Source: Nemertoderma westbladi
Lineage: Eukaryota > Animalia > Xenacoelomorpha
Assembly: GCA_032718475.1 (NCBI GenBank)
Contig: JAUCBJ010006705.1
Span: 1-64,000, forward strand
DNA: 64,000 nt
Direction of reading: 5' to 3'
Made by a program: the position numbers and the translations under genes. The notes under the pieces were generated by a model. It was not told the origin of the DNA. It saw only the letters and a list, made by a program, of their open reading frames with translations, and made no database searches. Shown one piece after another: positions 38,304-49,469 of this stretch. The stretch's first letter is position 1. Every line of letters begins with the position of its first letter.

Positions 38304-39948
38304 ATCTGCTATGAGTTTATCAATATTATAATGAGTCTATATATATTAGGCTAGCGGGCGTCGCTGCCTACCCCTCTTTTGCCCCCGGACAGTGTAAGAT
38401 CCTCAGCCCCGATGTACCGTCGTCGCTGTGCTTTCGTCAACGATGTAGCTACACAACGACAACGATAACCGGCACAAGTCACTTAACTGTCCGTCCCAAA
38501 GGCTTAGATGTACTGCAGGTTCTTCTTGGAGAGTTAGGGTTACTTTCACAATTGCGACTCGCTACTGTAAACACACCTTAGTAGTAACATTCACCTACAA
38601 ACGCACAAATTCAACACAACTGCAACAAACTGCACACATTCGTGCCATTTGTCCGTTAGTCAGTGCCTTCCAGAATGTCACTGTATTTATTATGTATCCT
38701 TGGATACTAGCAGTGCGCTATTTATTCCCTATGCTATTCAATGGGGCATGCTTTCTATTGTTCTTTTAACTCACTTCTAATTCTAGCGTGGTAGTTGCCA
38801 TGGTGACATTATGGAAAGCTAGCGGTAGAATTAGGGTAATTCTCATGCATACAGATCTGGGATGCTATTTAATAGTAATTCTTTAATGGTCAATATCCCC
38901 TTTATACATGATTCTATGAATTTTATCGGCTATTGACTATGCATTGGAGATTCTCGCACACAAATACACTTAATAAAGTGAATCTCCGCTCCCATGATCT
39001 ATTAATTAATGGAATTTTGGGAATGTTATAAATTGTACAAAATGACAATTTATTAAATTCATTGAAATATATGAATTTAAATTTATTCCCGTAAATTTTA
39101 TTATTTGATGTTAAAATTGACACAATTTGATTCCAGAGCAGGTCTGGGGACATAGGATCCTTAATTCTAGGAATTTTGTCCTTTTAAGAATATCGGTAAG
39201 TGCTACGATATCTTAATCGACTAGAATTTTAAAGGACCTGATATTTGACAGATTTTTGTAAATATTAATAATTAATATTTAGGATGGGCACCAGTTTATT
39301 CCAGAACTTCTCTGGGGACGTTAACCACTGATTCTAGAAATTTGTCTTTCAAGTATATCGGTGGGTGCCACGATATCTTAATCGACTAGAATTACAGATG
39401 GTCAAAGGGTTTAACAGATTTATTTGCGTTATACGCTACTGTTAAAGAGACATCACGCTACTATATGTATTACTTAATATACGGTATGAGAGCAATATCG
39501 CACGAAGCAATGTCAGTGTGAAGAGGCAAGTCGTTTCCAAGGTCTACCCAGAGCTTGGTTTAGCCGAGACACGAGGATCTGAACTTTGCATTCCTAATAC
39601 TCTGCCTACCAATAATGCTTGAATATAGTAGTGGCTTTATTGTACTTTAATAAGTACGAAGATTTCATCTTACTGTAGTCACGTATTTATAATATGATAC
39701 GGACAGTAAGGAAAGAGAAAAATAATTATTTCTCGCCATCACACTAAATATATATTATAAGTAATTACGTACGTAATAAACACTAATATATTGCACTAAT
39801 CCACTAAATGATCACTAAAATAACATGTTACTAAATAAAATTAAATAAAACGATTAAAATAAAATTACATAATAATACATACATAAATATAAAAATAAAA
39901 CAAATACAAATATAAAGTAATATGGTCACACACCCACTCCAGCCGTTG

Positions 39949-42900
39949 TTAAGTTGGGGAGTCCCTAGATGTTTGTTGGATTAGGGAGGTGGTCGTGGGA
40001 AGAGTATCTTGTCTCCCATAGTTTCCGGAGAGTTCTCTGTCTCTTTCCAGTAAACATAAACGTCCCACCGGGCGATTGAGCTGCTGCGTCTCGAAGACAA
40101 TTCCCGGTTTCTTGAAGTTACGTCGCATGACGACGAGTTCTACCGATCGCACCAAACCGTCATCCGAGATATGCGTCTCGATTATACGACCTGTCTGCCA
40201 CCTCTTACGTGGAAGATCCACATCCACAATAAGAACCATGTCTCCAGCGCTAACGTTTTCTTGCTGCGCAAACCACTTAGTTCGAAGTTGTAGCGTGGGC
40301 AGATAATGTTTTTCGAAATGGTCAGCGAAACGACGGGATAACAACTGCATGAGTTGCCAAGTTTGTCGGCAGTATTCGTCTCCGTCTGTGATTTCCGATT
40401 GTGGGAGCATGGCTACAGGTTTCTTCAGTAGGAAGTGCGCGGGTGTTAGCGCTTCCAGGGAATCGGGACTCGATGAGACTGGCATAAGCGGTCTCTCGTT
40501 GAGATAGGCGGCGATTTCTTCCATTAACGTCCGCAAAAGTTCGTCGGTGAGATAAGCGCGGCAAGGCACTATAAAATGAAATGCTGTCTTCATGCTTCTT
40601 ATTAATCTCTCCCAACTTCCTCCCCACCAAGGGGCGTCGGCGGCGTTGAAGGTCCAACTAGACGCTGTTACTCGTAGTTGGTCGTCCACCTGTCTTTGGT
40701 TCCAATCTTTGACGTAAGCTTTGATTTCATTGTTGGCACCAATGAAGTTTGTTCCCTTATCAGATCTCATCGTGTTACTAGTGCCAAAGCGAGCGATCTG
40801 TCGTCGTAAGCTTAATAGAAAGCTGTTGGTAGATAAATCGTTCACCATATCGAGATGGATGGCTCTACAAGTCATACAAACAAAGATTACACACCATCTC
40901 TTGACTATAGTTCTAGCACGATATACTTCAATAGGGCCAAATAAATACACGCCGGTATTAGTAAAGGGTGGTTCATAAAAGCTTACTCGTTCCCTAGGTA
41001 ATTCTGCCTCTCGCTGTGTTAAAGGCCTACTGAATGCTTTCCTACAGGGTATACAGTTCCTAAGAACTTGGTTCAGAGCTCTACGAGGTTTATAAAAATA
41101 ATAGCGAGTTCGAATTTCGCTAAGAACTCGTTCTCTACCAGCATGATAAAGTTTGCTGTGAACATCTACAATCATCTTGACTTGTATTTCAAGATTTCTA
41201 ATGAGTATGGGGAACTTAGTATCAAAGGATAATGGGGCGTTCGTTAATCTTCCTCCAACACGTATCAACCCATCTATCATTGTGCTAGAGAAACGATCCC
41301 TTAAGCGCATCTGTGGATTTCTCAACAACAGGAAATACTTATCGGAATCTTCATAGCATTGTAAAAGTCTCAGCATCTGTTTGTTGGTTTCATCATGCTC
41401 CTGATAACTGATCTTCTCCTTTAGAAACTTGTCGGGTAACTTATATTTGGGATTGTCTTTAATAACATGCATCTGCACTGATGTGATTGGAGCGGTATCA
41501 CCCTTTGTTTTCATCCCAGAGTAGTGACGGTGAAAACATCTCTTTAAATATGTAACGGCCTTACAGAGCCGATTCCAAGAACTATAGTGATGTATCGCTC
41601 TCTGCAGAAGAGGTGAGAGTCCTTGCGAGATGTCAGGTATGCCAGATTTCCAATCCTTATCACGGATTTCCACAACGAGTTTATTTGTGGCTGTGGGTTT
41701 CTGATCCAAAGCTTCGTCTCCGGAAGTATGTAGCACAGACAGATCTACTGTGGGTTTGAATAACTTCGATTTACTCGCCTGAGTTTTAGGTTTGACTTTC
41801 TCCGCTCCCTTGGCCTGTCTAATTTCTGCTGTAGTAAGATGAGGAGGCCATTCTTCTTCTTCTTTGTAGAGGAAGTCGGGTCCACCTAACCAGTCTGGAG
41901 TATCTACCAGTTCTTGTGGAGTTGCTCCCCTGGAAGCGATGTCCGCTGGATTAATCGTTCCTGGGCAATGTCTCCATTGATCCATCGTCGTGCGACTGAG
42001 TATAATAGCTACTCTGTTGGTAACGAAGACGCTGAACTGACAGACTTCATTGGTTATATACTCCAACACGAGTAAAGCGTCGGTCCAATAGACAGTTTTC
42101 TCCAGGGGATAGTCGATCTGTTCTGTTACATTCTGGCCGATGGCTGTAGCGTATAGAGCCGCTTTTAACTCCGCTCGAGGAACTTTCAACTTGTTGTTTA
42201 TTAATGCCTTAGAGGTAACCAAGGCGACTTTAATTCCGTCCGGAGTTTCCACCCTTAGGTAGGCTACTATACCTATTCCCATATCGCTGGCGTCTCCAAA
42301 CACATGGAGTTGATATGAATACGTAGGGAGAACATGACCAAAATAGGAACGGGAAATTATGAAGTTTTCGATGGCTGGTAGAGAATCTTCCCATTTCATC
42401 CATTTCTTTAATAATTCTCCCTTAAGTGGATCGTCCCATGAGTGGTTTTCAAGCCACATTTGTTGTACTAAACTCCGAGCAATCAATATAACTGGGCTAA
42501 TAAATCCCAATGGATCGAAATAAGTGCTCAGGATACTTAAACAAATCCGTTTAGTCCGAACTGGATTATCTCGCTGTTTTAGTTGGAAAAACAGGATATC
42601 TCTTTCTGTGTCCCATTTCAAACCAAGGGTCTTAGTTTCTGGGAGATCATCCTTTATTAGATCTAGGTCTTTTGTTCCTCGATCTTCTACCGGGATCGAC
42701 TCCAGAAACTCACGGGAGTTGCTGGTGAATTTAGTTAATCGAAATCCACCTTTCTTTAAGCATTCTACCGTTCCTTTAGCGACCTCAATGGCTTCTTCGA
42801 CTGATGGAAGGGACTTCAGATTATCGTCCATGTAGATGTCTCGTTTGATATTGTCGATCACTTCTTTAGAGAAGGCGTCTCGGTTGTCATCTGCAGTGGT

Positions 42901-43830
42901 GCGTACCACGGAACAGGCGTTTGAAGGGCTCGAGATTATCCCAAAAGCTTGGATGGTCATCCAGTACTCCACCGGTTTCTTATTGAGGTCTCCTTCAGGC
43001 CACCACAAAAATCGTAGACTATCTCGATCCCTATCCAGCGCTTTGACTTGTAAGAACATGCCTTCTATATCTGAGGCGAAAGCAATGGAGTATTGTCTTA
43101 ACCTTAATAATATTCCCAACAAGGATTGGAGTAAGTTGGGTCCGGGTAACAATTCAGAATTAAGGGATTGGCCCATATAGAGGGCGGAACCGTCAAACAC
43201 CACTCGTACTTCATGGGGTTTACCGGGTTTGGGAACGTAATGGTGAGTTAAGTAATACGTTCTCTCAGTTATAGGAGTTTCTTCAGGTACTAGCTCCGCA
43301 TATCCCTTGCTAATAAACTTCTTCAACTGTGTTTTATACATTTCTTTAGCTGAAGAATTTGCCGTAAGGCGTCGATGTAGTTGAGCAATTCTTTTCTCTG
43401 CCAAAGGTCTGTTGTTAATGAACTTTGGTTCTCGCTTTCGGAAAGGAAGTCCGATCTCATACCTACCTTGATCTTTAAGAAAACGAGTAGTTGTCGCTTG
43501 GATCTGCTTGGCTCTTTCTTCCTCCACCGATAGGGCCTTATCGTAGGAGTTGGGCTCTACGACCTCTTGAGTAAAGAATCTCACGGCGTGTTCATCCCGA
43601 GTCTTGGCATTATAACGTTCAATGACGTTATTAAGCTCGTCGTTATAGTCGTCTCGCTCAGATGGGTGAAGGAGTTGACATAAGTTCACTTGATTTTGCC
43701 AAGTCTCGCTTTCCTTAAGGAGATCGATGGCATTCTCCTCATCAAAGAGTTGATGTATATCGTCATTGTCTGAGGAGTATGGAGTTCCCTCAGTTGGATC
43801 GTCGAACTCACTGTTCTCAACTTCCCATTC
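39949..43830 (-). CDS. pol: BEL/Pao pol: RT, RNase H, integrase (in frame with gag-PR across a TGA)
   Basis: VRVVFDGS, SLNSELLPGP, SDIEGMFLQV, YMDD, LGLKWD, HVFGDAS, VPRAEL, YWTD, NPADIASRG, HSKLYHAG..CIPC, SDKGTNF, WGGSWER, LTPAHFL and DGLVRSV. Confidence 0.95.
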   Translation of the reverse strand, partial: EWEVENSEFDDPTEGTPYSSDNDDIHQLFDEENAIDLLKESETWQNQVNLCQLLHPSERDDYNDELNNVIERYNAKTRDEHAVRFFTQEVVEPNSYDKALSVEEERAKQIQATTTRFLKDQGRYEIGLPFRKREPKFINNRPLAEKRIAQLHRRLTANSSAKEMYKTQLKKFISKGYAELVPEETPITERTYYLTHHYVPKPGKPHEVRVVFDGSALYMGQSLNSELLPGPNLLQSLLGILLRLRQYSIAFASDIEGMFLQVKALDRDRDSLRFLWWPEGDLNKKPVEYWMTIQAFGIISSPSNACSVVRTTADDNRDAFSKEVIDNIKRDIYMDDNLKSLPSVEEAIEVAKGTVECLKKGGFRLTKFTSNSREFLESIPVEDRGTKDLDLIKDDLPETKTLGLKWDTERDILFFQLKQRDNPVRTKRICLSILSTYFDPLGFISPVILIARSLVQQMWLENHSWDDPLKGELLKKWMKWEDSLPAIENFIISRSYFGHVLPTYSYQLHVFGDASDMGIGIVAYLRVETPDGIKVALVTSKALINNKLKVPRAELKAALYATAIGQNVTEQIDYPLEKTVYWTDALLVLEYITNEVCQFSVFVTNRVAIILSRTTMDQWRHCPGTINPADIASRGATPQELVDTPDWLGGPDFLYKEEEEWPPHLTTAEIRQAKGAEKVKPKTQASKSKLFKPTVDLSVLHTSGDEALDQKPTATNKLVVEIRDKDWKSGIPDISQGLSPLLQRAIHHYSSWNRLCKAVTYLKRCFHRHYSGMKTKGDTAPITSVQMHVIKDNPKYKLPDKFLKEKISYQEHDETNKQMLRLLQCYEDSDKYFLLLRNPQMRLRDRFSSTMIDGLIRVGGRLTNAPLSFDTKFPILIRNLEIQVKMIVDVHSKLYHAGRERVLSEIRTRYYFYKPRRALNQVLRNCIPCRKAFSRPLTQREAELPRERVSFYEPPFTNTGVYLFGPIEVYRARTIVKRWCVIFVCMTCRAIHLDMVNDLSTNSFLLSLRRQIARFGTSNTMRSDKGTNFIGANNEIKAYVKDWNQRQVDDQLRVTASSWTFNAADAPWWGGSWERLIRSMKTAFHFIVPCRAYLTDELLRTLMEEIAAYLNERPLMPVSSSPDSLEALTPAHFLLKKPVAMLPQSEITDGDEYCRQTWQLMQLLSRRFADHFEKHYLPTLQLRTKWFAQQENVSAGDMVLIVDVDLPRKRWQTGRIIETHISDDGLVRSVELVVMRRNFKKPGIVFETQQLNRPVGRLCLLERDRELSGNYGRQDTLPTTTSLIQQTSRDSPT

Positions 43831-46800
43831 TCACGCTTGATATACCTGATCTTTAGGTAATCTTTCCATTAGAGTTCTACGGGAAGGGCCAGTAAAGTAC
43901 CAACCTACTCTAGTTCTTCCCGCATAAACTTGTAGAGGTTGCGGTTGAGCAGGTCGTTTCTCCAATGTCTCGAGCGCTTCATGCGCATTTTGACCGATGA
44001 GTATTTGCACTCCAGGATAATCTGTCTGGAATCGAGGTATCTTAAGATGTTGGATGCTCTCATCCTCGTCCCAATTATAAAGGTCTGCTTGAGTAGTAGC
44101 GAAGTTCTTTATAGCCACCATTTTCACTGACCTTATGCTATGTTCTCCTAGTTCGTCCTGGGGGGTGGACAACGCACCTACATAATAATCCGCGGTTACT
44201 GTGGATTTCCAAACTTGCATAATTCCTGACATGTTTAGCTTAGTTCGGAACTTGGGTTGTCCATCGAATATGTCTTCGGCTAGATCTTTGTCGATGAATG
44301 TTCCTGTACTACCGGAGTCAAGGAGGGCGTTCACTACATAACTCCTTTTTGGTCCGTGGACCCTTACCTGTACCACAGGAAATTCTATAATCCCTACATT
44401 GGAAGTTGGCGCTTTCCAAGATGGTTGTCGATCAGAAGTAGTTAGAGCGAGGTCAATGTCTGTATCTTTTTCATAAATGAGTGCTCGATACACTGTGGTA
44501 TTTATCATGTAACAGGATTCGTTTTCGTCGGAGAACTCGTCTGTATAGAATCCTTCCATCTCAGATTGATCAGTGTCGTTCACATCACTGAATTGGACAT
44601 GTAGTTCGGAATCACTTACCTGACTCGGACTATTTCGCTCGAATTCAGTGTGCAACAAGATATGATGTTTCGCACCGCACTTGGCACATCTTGTGTCAGA
44701 GTAACAGGTTCGCCGTTGGTGTCCTTGTCTGAGGCAATTATAGCACAACCGCTTGTCCCACATGACTTCACGTCTCTCAGTTAATGATTTCTTTAGAAAT
44801 TCATCACACATATTTAAGCGATGGGTCCCATCACATAGCGCACATTTCGGTTTGATGTTACTTACCTTACTCTGTGTAACATTATGTACACTTGCTTTTT
44901 CTTCGGGCTTTCTCGCCTGAATTCTCTTGGGAGACGTAGGAGGAGTTTTTCTTACCTGTTCTCTCCTGTCATTTGTTCGAGACTTGAATTTACTTACCTG
45001 ATCTTTAGGCATTTTATTTACGTAATAAGATCTATCAGTGTCTTTTCTGCTATCTTCTCCTTGAGAAGTCTGGCTTTCGCCATCATCTGTATAACACACT
45101 GGTATTACCTTTCTCCTAGCGACGGGTTTTTCACTTACCTTGTTTTCCGGTGTCTTCTCTCTGGACAGTTTCAGGAGCTGTAATTTCACTTCTCCATCTA
45201 GGAATGACATGAGATCAGCCATGGTAGGGTCTCGTCGTTGTTGTTCCATCATATATAGCACTTTCTTATCCCAGCGTGTACCTACTCCACCCTTCGGTAA
45301 AGTAGAAGCCACTGCTCTAATAACCATAGCATTCTGATACTCATGAGACTTACCTAGCCAATCCAATTGTCTGCAGATCTCCTGAATCTCATCGGAAAAC
45401 TCTATAATTCCGCTGCTAATAAACTTTCGGGGCGCTACCAACTTTGCATACAAATACCCAGCTATGTTATTCCTATTACCATACCTGATGTTTAGTGTAT
45501 CCCAAACTTGTCTTAATCCGTCTGGATGTCCAATAAACTTTAACGCCATTAACTTGGGAGATCCTTCCAAGCACTCGATGAGGAATCTAAGTTTCTCTCC
45601 ATTAGATAGCACAGAGTTCTGTATGTTATCTTTGTAATATTCATTAAAAGGTAACCATTTCATCTCATCTCCATTGAACTTGACGATCTCTCCCACCTTT
45701 ACCGCTTGCCGGGCTTCGGTTCTAGCCATTTGACGCGTAAAACTTTCTTGGGCCATCGTGTTATTTAATATCGAGTTATCGGTATATAAATTTCTCGGAT
45801 TATGATCCGGTCTATAGGGAATATCATTATCAACAGGTCTATAATTACCCTTAATAGGGTTCACTATAGGAGTTTCTACTTCGCTAGCAGTATAGATGCG
45901 TGTAGGTTCCACACCTTGCGCATGAGATACTTCAGACCTAACAGGTTGACACATGGTTACAGGGGGTGGTGGTATACCCTTTTGTGCATTTACTAATTTA
46001 TCGCGTTCTAGCGCGATACTTTGCTGCACTTCTTGCAACTCTAATCTACTTTCCCTTACTGTGCCCTTGAATTGCTGAACGGTCTCCTGCATCTGTCCGA
46101 GCAGGAGATCCATCCCCCGTCGTCTCTCATCCACCCATTCAACCGCCGAAGCGGGATTCGCCAACGTTCTAGTGGGCGGACGAGATACAACGGGCGACAA
46201 ATCATGAATATTTCGCTCGGAGTCCAGGGCATGAACTGTCTCATGGGCTGTTCTGCTGGGCACAGGTAGCTTAGTGCTGTGCAAAGGGAATTGAGAGGTA
46301 GGTTCAGGGAGTACCGGTGTCTCTACGACCGAAAGGGTGGCTTCGGGAACAGACCTAACTATTTCGGGCTCATCTACTATAGTAGGGAGTCTCTCTATTG
46401 TAATTATTTGGTCTGTGGGTTCTGTACTACCTAAGTTGGTGTTATTTAGTTGCCTTCTAACAGCTGGAGGCAAATCAGGCAATTTTTGACGGTGGGATGT
46501 TCTTTTACGTCTGCTTAGGCGAGATCGATTTCCTCCGCCTTCAGTGTCGGTGGTATCGCCTTCCTCAGATGATGTATAACCCTGTCTTTTGGGAGTAGAT
46601 CGATTCATCATCTGCATATTACTAGCTGTTAACTGTTTATTAAAGTTGTCTTGTTTCTCTTGAAGATTTTCCAACTCTAGTTGGGTTGTCTCTTCAGATG
46701 CCTTTCGTTCTGCTTCTGCCACTGCTATTTTTCTTTCCGCTTCGGCCGCCTTTCTTTCGGCTTCGACTGCTGCAGCTGCCACCTTTCTTTCCGCTTCGGC

Positions 46801-47214
46801 CGCCTTTCTTTCGGCTTCGACTGCTGCAGCTGCCACCTTTCTTTCCGCTTCGGCCGCCTTTTTTTTGGCTTCTACTGCCTTTCTTTCGGCTTCTACTGCT
46901 GCAGCTGCCGCTTTTGCCTCTGCCGCTGCCGCTTTTGCCTCTGCCGCTGCCTCGGCCGCTTTCTTTCTGTCTTCTATACGTTTTTTCCTTACTTGTTCTT
47001 CTTGAACCTTAGCGATGCGGATGCTTTCATTGAATTTAGCTTGGTTCGCAGCTAACCTATCCACATCGATTGCATCCAACACACGCTGGGCTCCTTCACT
47101 ATTAGGGCTAAGTCCGTCCAACCTTCTCCTCAACTCTTCATCACCTACGAAACGCTGATAGTCTGACAGATAGATGTCAATGGCATCCCTCTTATGCGGT
47201 TTCTCTGCCGTGCT
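43831..47214 (-). CDS. gag: BEL/Pao gag core + aspartic protease
   Basis: KFNGDEMKWLPF, three BEL-type knuckles (CALCDGTHRLNMC, CYNCLRQGHQRRTC, CAKCGAKHHILLH) and protease ALLDSGS. The frame is open up to ~47214, overlapping the upstream ORF. Confidence 0.93.
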   Translation of the reverse strand, partial: STAEKPHKRDAIDIYLSDYQRFVGDEELRRRLDGLSPNSEGAQRVLDAIDVDRLAANQAKFNESIRIAKVQEEQVRKKRIEDRKKAAEAAAEAKAAAAEAKAAAAAVEAERKAVEAKKKAAEAERKVAAAAVEAERKAAEAERKVAAAAVEAERKAAEAERKIAVAEAERKASEETTQLELENLQEKQDNFNKQLTASNMQMMNRSTPKRQGYTSSEEGDTTDTEGGGNRSRLSRRKRTSHRQKLPDLPPAVRRQLNNTNLGSTEPTDQIITIERLPTIVDEPEIVRSVPEATLSVVETPVLPEPTSQFPLHSTKLPVPSRTAHETVHALDSERNIHDLSPVVSRPPTRTLANPASAVEWVDERRRGMDLLLGQMQETVQQFKGTVRESRLELQEVQQSIALERDKLVNAQKGIPPPPVTMCQPVRSEVSHAQGVEPTRIYTASEVETPIVNPIKGNYRPVDNDIPYRPDHNPRNLYTDNSILNNTMAQESFTRQMARTEARQAVKVGEIVKFNGDEMKWLPFNEYYKDNIQNSVLSNGEKLRFLIECLEGSPKLMALKFIGHPDGLRQVWDTLNIRYGNRNNIAGYLYAKLVAPRKFISSGIIEFSDEIQEICRQLDWLGKSHEYQNAMVIRAVASTLPKGGVGTRWDKKVLYMMEQQRRDPTMADLMSFLDGEVKLQLLKLSREKTPENKVSEKPVARRKVIPVCYTDDGESQTSQGEDSRKDTDRSYYVNKMPKDQVSKFKSRTNDRREQVRKTPPTSPKRIQARKPEEKASVHNVTQSKVSNIKPKCALCDGTHRLNMCDEFLKKSLTERREVMWDKRLCYNCLRQGHQRRTCYSDTRCAKCGAKHHILLHTEFERNSPSQVSDSELHVQFSDVNDTDQSEMEGFYTDEFSDENESCYMINTTVYRALIYEKDTDIDLALTTSDRQPSWKAPTSNVGIIEFPVVQVRVHGPKRSYVVNALLDSGSTGTFIDKDLAEDIFDGQPKFRTKLNMSGIMQVWKSTVTADYYVGALSTPQDELGEHSIRSVKMVAIKNFATTQADLYNWDEDESIQHLKIPRFQTDYPGVQILIGQNAHEALETLEKRPAQPQPLQVYAGRTRVGWYFTGPSRRTLMERLPKDQVYQA
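46720..46960 (-). repeat. 54-bp coding repeat giving an Ala/Glu/Lys-rich helical segment in Gag
   Basis: About 3 copies of AAEAERKVAAAAVEAERK. Confidence 0.85.
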
Positions 47215-48137
47215 TCACTTTCCACTTGGGAAAAAGTAGCGTCTGTTGATTCTCCATGGGTTGAGCGCTCCTCCAGCTGAGCTTTCCACTGAGCTGTTCC
47301 TTGAACCTGGCGACTCACCCGTTGAAACCAAGTCTTTACGGCAACTTGCAACGACGTGTCTTGTCTTCTTTTAGAAGCCTCCTCAAAGGCCGATAAGATT
47401 AGTCTAATTCGCAGAATTCTTTCTCTAACTTGATAAAGCAGTTGTCCCTGCTCTTGAGGTCCTTGAGGTTGTTGAAACAGTTGTTTTTCTACTCGCTCCA
47501 TAGAGCTGAAGAATCCTTGTGCGTATCCGGCTGCAGACCTCTTCCATACAGCTGGATCGATGGTTTCCTTGGCTACTCCCATCCGGTGTATGTCTTCCCA
47601 GGCAGCTTCTGATAAATCAAACGGGAGACCGGGTCCAGGGAAGTTCCATTGCGACTCGACCATAGACTTCTGCTCTTCCCTTGTGTATCCCTCATAACTA
47701 TCTTTAGTTGATCGCTTACTTCTCGCCCAATCGATCTGGTGTTCTTCCACCGCGATCAATAACCTAGTGAGTACGGCTGCAGGAAGGATGAGAAGGGGAT
47801 CCGAATAAACCGCATCCGTCATCTTTGCTCCGCGCTCGGGTGTCAGCTCTACAGTATCTTCACTACTGGAGCTGTAGGGCCGCTGAGAAATAAGTTCTTG
47901 GCTCGCGGGTTGTTGCTGTTCCGCTGCTTCTTGGTCCCGCTTGACCTGAGCTCGAGTGCCTATGATAGACCTACGATGTCGGACCAGCCTAGGTTCTGTT
48001 ATTACTACTGGAGGGATGACCTTCCTCACAGTGGGAGGTGAACTGAACTTAGGACTAGACGGTTCTACACCTCTATCTGAGTCGCAGATAGTTACATCTA
48101 ATAAACTGTCTGACAGGTTCTGCTTAGTATCAGACAT
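47145..48137 (-). CDS. N-terminal part of gag, separated from the rest by a -1 frame change
   Basis: 330-aa ATG-initiated ORF overlapping the gag core frame by ~70 nt. Confidence 0.75.
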   Translation of the reverse strand: MSDTKQNLSDSLLDVTICDSDRGVEPSSPKFSSPPTVRKVIPPVVITEPRLVRHRRSIIGTRAQVKRDQEAAEQQQPASQELISQRPYSSSSEDTVELTPERGAKMTDAVYSDPLLILPAAVLTRLLIAVEEHQIDWARSKRSTKDSYEGYTREEQKSMVESQWNFPGPGLPFDLSEAAWEDIHRMGVAKETIDPAVWKRSAAGYAQGFFSSMERVEKQLFQQPQGPQEQGQLLYQVRERILRIRLILSAFEEASKRRQDTSLQVAVKTWFQRVSRQVQGTAQWKAQLEERSTHGESTDATFSQVESEARQRNRIRGMPLTSICQTISVS

Positions 48138-48267
48138 GTTTGTTTACACAGTTGAATGTCTACTGCTATTACAGTCTAAGTAAGTCTAGTAATTCAGTAT
48201 TAACTGCTAGCCTAGTAATTAATTACCGATACTGCTACTCAGTGTAGCGTGATATATAATATATTAG

Positions 48268-48515
48268 TATACCGGTATGCTTATAGTATATATAAGTATT
48301 ATTACAGACTAGGTTTTTCACAGAATACCGGTAGGTAATTTTAGCACAAATATATAAATATATAATAGGCCTATCGTGAATACCGGTATGCAGTTTACAC
48401 TTATAATGTATATATATAAGTATAATTACAGACTAGAATTAATTACAGAATACCGGTATGATTTCAGCACAAGTATATAAATATATAATAGGCCTATCGT
48501 AAATACCGGTATATC
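48268..48515. repeat. ~124-bp imperfect tandem duplication in the 5' leader
   Basis: taccggtatg...attacagactag...cagaataccggta...ataggcctatcgt.aataccggtat occurs twice. Confidence 0.8.
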
Positions 48516-49469
48516 AATTATTTTAAATAATTGAATTTCTGAATTTTAAAGGTTACTTGGTTACTTTAACTTACTTTATTACCGTTATTTAAGCAGTAGT
48601 CCAACTGATATTGAGACCTAATTGTTATATGGCAGGCCTACTATTTATAAATCGTTTGAGTTGATTTATAATATATATATACCCGTTTAATGGGTTTTGT
48701 CAATGTTGAAATAAATGTTATTATTTCTGGGGGAGTCACTACACATAAGCTGTGCGCTCTCAGTGGAGTGCTACTTGTTAGACACTAAAACAAATAATTC
48801 TAATTTACCTAAGTTACTTAATACTACAAATTACGTACAATTCGGGTTGAGATTACAATCTCTAAATAAACACAAAAATTTAATTACAAATACACAAATA
48901 CAAATTTTTAGGGTAATTTTACAAGAAGTCTACTAACCAGCCTAACAAAGGGTTAGAATATCTGGTTATTACAACGGACAGGTTACTACGGTATTTGAAA
49001 ATAATAAGTAGTAGTAAATATACTGCGTTGTCCAGATAGGAAAATACCACCGCCTGACGACCTATAACCGTATCGCTATAGGTACTACGTTATGTATCAC
49101 GGAGTGTCCCTACCTAGAAGTTAATTACCGCGGTCTACCAGAACCAACGTGCCTATTAACCACTTTACAACACAAATACACTGCCTACACACTAATTGCT
49201 TTCGGAAAGCACTGTACACTAAACCCTAAATTAGGTACAAGTACTTGTATAACAAATAATCAGTAGTTAAAAATACTTGAACAGCCAAAAGAACCACGGT
49301 ATCTGCTGGAGTGACCGGTGCACAAAATCACCAGTCTTTACCTACGCCGAGCAGCCCGTATAGTACCGGGGTTAGTTTAACTATAACGGTATGTATAACA
49401 AACACAATTACTGTAGGAATAAACTTGGGGATATGAATGTTGCGAATAATCGCATAAACTCTGAATAAT

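Noticed and set aside
39131-39393. SECIS elements explaining the in-frame TGAs
   Set aside because: The hairpins lack the AUGA/GA quartet and apical AA.
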